Of a DNA stretch of 20,000 bases, positions 18,901 to 20,000 are shown piece after piece. How positions within the stretch are numbered: position 1 is the first letter of the stretch; every line of letters begins with the position of its first letter. The position numbers were made by a program, and so were the translations under genes. The stretch spans positions 55,215-75,214 of IMG/VR virus record IMGVR_UViG_3300042392_001228. One strand, 5' to 3'. Source of the stretch: an uncultured virus (IMG/VR IMGVR_UViG_3300042392_001228). Its lineage: Duplodnaviria > Heunggongvirae > Uroviricota > Caudoviricetes. The notes beneath the pieces were generated by a model. That model saw only the letters and a list, made by a program, of their open reading frames with translations. It ran no database searches and was not told the origin of the DNA.

Positions 18901-19963
18901 AGTCGTTGAACCTTGCCCCTATCCCTAGGGGCCTTGGCTGCTGATTGCCTATTTTGCAAAAGCAAAACTAAGGTGTCCCAGCAATTCACCCGATTTTCAA
19001 CTTTGTTTGGAAGTTGGGACCCTAATTAATCCACACCTGCATAAGTCTGTTGTAGCAACTTGTTATCGTAAAGGCTCTTTATCCTTTACTTCTCTACATT
19101 TCTGTAAAGTTCAGACTATATCATCATCTCGGATTACGGCCCAGCTGCCACCCCTCGCCGGGGTGTTTTTCTGACCGAGTTCTAATCACTTCTGTACCTT
19201 CGATTTTCCAGTACCATCTTTGTTTTGATATCGCACAGGAAATTTTTCGCTTTGACTCATCGCTATGGGTAGAGTTTTTACGAGAGCACTTGTCAATCAT
19301 TGTGGGATTATTTTTCCACACTTCTTTCATAGTGCTACTTATCTTACCTCTGTGCTCCTTGTCTTTGGTTCTACCTTTTAGGGAGCTGGAAATTTTATGA
19401 CCCCAAGAAACTTCCCTTCTTCTGTTAGACTCAGCTATCCGTTTTGACTTTTCCTCGTTTTTCTGACAATACTCCAGAGACTTGTAGAACTTGGACCCTT
19501 TGGATCCGTTCATTAAGGAGGCGCATTCAGCGAGTTTTATATTAGTGGGGAAAGCTTTATGAAGTACTAAATGAAGAACTGTATGTTCTCTTCTTGTAGT
19601 TAAAACTACGTTTTCGGGGTTGTAAGTTCCACCCATACATTTAGGTAGAATTCTGTGCTTTTCTAAACCATCCCTCTTGCATTTTACGCGAGATAAGGAT
19701 CTTATGCTAAAGCACATTCTTAGGTATCTTCTTAAGAAGTGGTTGTTACGAGAGTCGGGCGCTCGTGGAAAGATTATTTCAGGGTTGATCACTTTCTAGT
19801 CGTTGAACCTTTTTACTTAACACTACTATAGTTAGTAGAGACCCTAAGTAAACTTGGCTGCTGATTGCCTTGCGCCTTGTAATACAAAGCCGTCAGGTGT
19901 CCCAGCAATTCACCCGATTTTCAATCAGAGTCACCTCTGAGTGGAACCTTTATGATTCATCAT
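15986..19963 (-). CDS. Major capsid protein (HK97-fold, phage capsid E-like), 351 aa, spliced from 7 exons: 19963-19955, 19055-19029, 18767-18729, 18513-18496, 17557-17333, 17052-16476, 16146-15986
   Basis: Joined exons total 1056 nt and give an open frame: MMN|LQQTYAGVD|PILTTLAQGFMLP|STNIAN|FIAPVVDTPTRAGRILRFGKEQF...GPAQVD|LRAIETRNAMSRL...PAFSYT(Y)|QLTGTPAVRPEYY...AMITNILS*. VDPILT.LA.G...IA....P.V......G.I..FGKE.F and WS...SNPIEDI...I...PN are typical capsid motifs. AAGGA SD at 19974-19978. Confidence 0.88.
16147..16475 (-). ncRNA. Group I intron 6 of the capsid gene (329 nt, ORF-less, phase 1)
   Basis: P GGTGAATTGCTGGGAA, Q AATCAGCAGC, R GTTCAACGACTA, S AAGATATAGTCT. P1 exon CACGU pairs with GCGUG (U.G). 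P10 GAGCUGAAU pairs with AUCAGCUC. Ends in G. Confidence 0.92.
17053..17332 (-). ncRNA. Group I intron 5 (280 nt, ORF-less, phase 0)
   Basis: P/Q/R/S elements present. P1 GUGGAU/GUCCAC, extended P10 to exon CUUCGCGCAAUCGAAA, terminal G. Confidence 0.92.
17612..18337 (-). CDS. Intron-encoded HNH homing endonuclease with NUMOD3-like motifs
   Basis: HHIHHIVPKCMKGGNEDGNLIKLTYREHYLSH (HNH); KHSDETRFKIG and WSAESRQKL (NUMOD3-like). GTG start is uncertain. Confidence 0.88.
   Translation of the reverse strand: MINPEIIFPRAPDSPLHYQRYIKFILSRPPRSLTREPGHHIHHIVPKCMKGGNEDGNLIKLTYREHYLSHCLLALAFSSIKRLGKAINSFKESSKNSRVYETLAHHKHSDETRFKIGKSNKGKARPRKVPMSDKERSARAELCKNRVWSAESRQKLKDKALSKPTIQFALQAANRPDRDRTGIKNPRANVEVWSNLGLLHEVWVSNEKCGARKLFRLTGLGNTWQSLRTVVKKFKEDDDIV
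18295..18415. repeat. 121-nt exact direct repeat (copy 2 at 19750..19870): shared ribozyme core of introns 4 and 1
   Basis: Base-by-base comparison at offset 1455. A further 49-nt identical block lies at 18441..18489 and 19900..19948. Confidence 0.93.
18514..18728 (-). ncRNA. Group I intron 3 (215 nt, ORF-less, divergent type)
   Basis: P GGTGAACTGCGGGAA, Q AATCCGCAGC, R GTTCAGAGACTA, S TAAGATAGTCC. P1 UCCCU/GGGGA, P10 UUGGUG with exon CACCAA, terminal G. Confidence 0.9.
18768..19028 (-). ncRNA. Group I intron 2 (261 nt, ORF-less)
   Basis: P/Q/R/S present. P1 GGAU/GUCC, short P8 hairpin TCTTTGCTCAAGCAAAGA, terminal G before CCAATC. Confidence 0.9.
19056..19954 (-). mobile_element. Group I intron 1 (899 nt) after codon 3 of the capsid gene, carrying an HNH homing endonuclease in L8
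   Basis: P/Q/R at ~19795-19915, S at ~19113-19125. P1 GAAU/GUUC. 3' end ...GATAACAAGTTG; an alternative G 3 nt earlier would add one Leu. Confidence 0.9.
19124..19792 (-). CDS. Intron-encoded HNH homing endonuclease with NUMOD3-like motifs
   Basis: EKHRILPKCMGGTYNPENVVLTTRREHTVLH (HNH); HSDESKRKIS (NUMOD3-like); C-terminal PGEGWQLGR. GTG start is uncertain. Confidence 0.85.
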   Translation of the reverse strand: MINPEIIFPRAPDSRNNHFLRRYLRMCFSIRSLSRVKCKRDGLEKHRILPKCMGGTYNPENVVLTTRREHTVLHLVLHKAFPTNIKLAECASLMNGSKGSKFYKSLEYCQKNEEKSKRIAESNRRREVSWGHKISSSLKGRTKDKEHRGKISSTMKEVWKNNPTMIDKCSRKNSTHSDESKRKISCAISKQRWYWKIEGTEVIRTRSEKHPGEGWQLGRNPR

Positions 19964-20000
19964 AATAGATGTTTCCTTGTGTGTAAAGTTGACTTCAAAG

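Noticed and set aside
19640..19665. Intron 1 HNH reads HR instead of HH, a possible inactivation
   Set aside because: HR variants occur among phage HNH proteins and the rest of the motif is intact, so activity cannot be judged from sequence alone.
17612..19792. Inteins, group II introns or a DGR/retroelement explaining the insertions
   Set aside because: The insertions contain stop codons and lack intein Cys/His-Asn ends. There are no GUGYG/AY boundaries or domain V, and no reverse transcriptase in the window.
16147..19954. Repeated blocks (tagtcgttgaac, cttggctgctgatt, cccagcaattcaccc, cagactatatc) as a CRISPR array or tandem repeat
   Set aside because: Spacing is irregular and the blocks occur in the fixed order P-Q-R-S of group I introns. 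No cas genes are present.

Overview
This is a bacteriophage virion-morphogenesis region with every credible gene on the minus strand; the baseplate genes point to a myovirus-like phage. In transcription order it holds: a major capsid protein gene (19963->15986) split into 7 exons by SIX group I introns, two carrying HNH/NUMOD3 homing endonuclease ORFs; a tail tube; a terminator; a small virion protein; a long baseplate J-like protein; two baseplate wedge (gpI-like) proteins; a spike (GpV/gp5 OB-fold); several hypotheticals; an Ig-like/gp36 (DUF1320) head-tail adaptor fusion; a possible gp37-like tail terminator; a probable TerS; TerL; and a second, diverged TerL paralog that the ORF track missed and that runs off the window edge. 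Manual splicing of the capsid gene gives a 351-aa ORF. All six 5' junctions have a U.G-containing P1 and all six introns end in G; four show clear P10 pairing. Four introns fall within the first 31 codons (exons of 9, 27, 39 and 18 nt), and the introns are sequence mosaics of each other. A GGGTAAAA motif recurs in four intergenic spacers and is a candidate late promoter. Family calls come from motif recognition by eye, not database searches.
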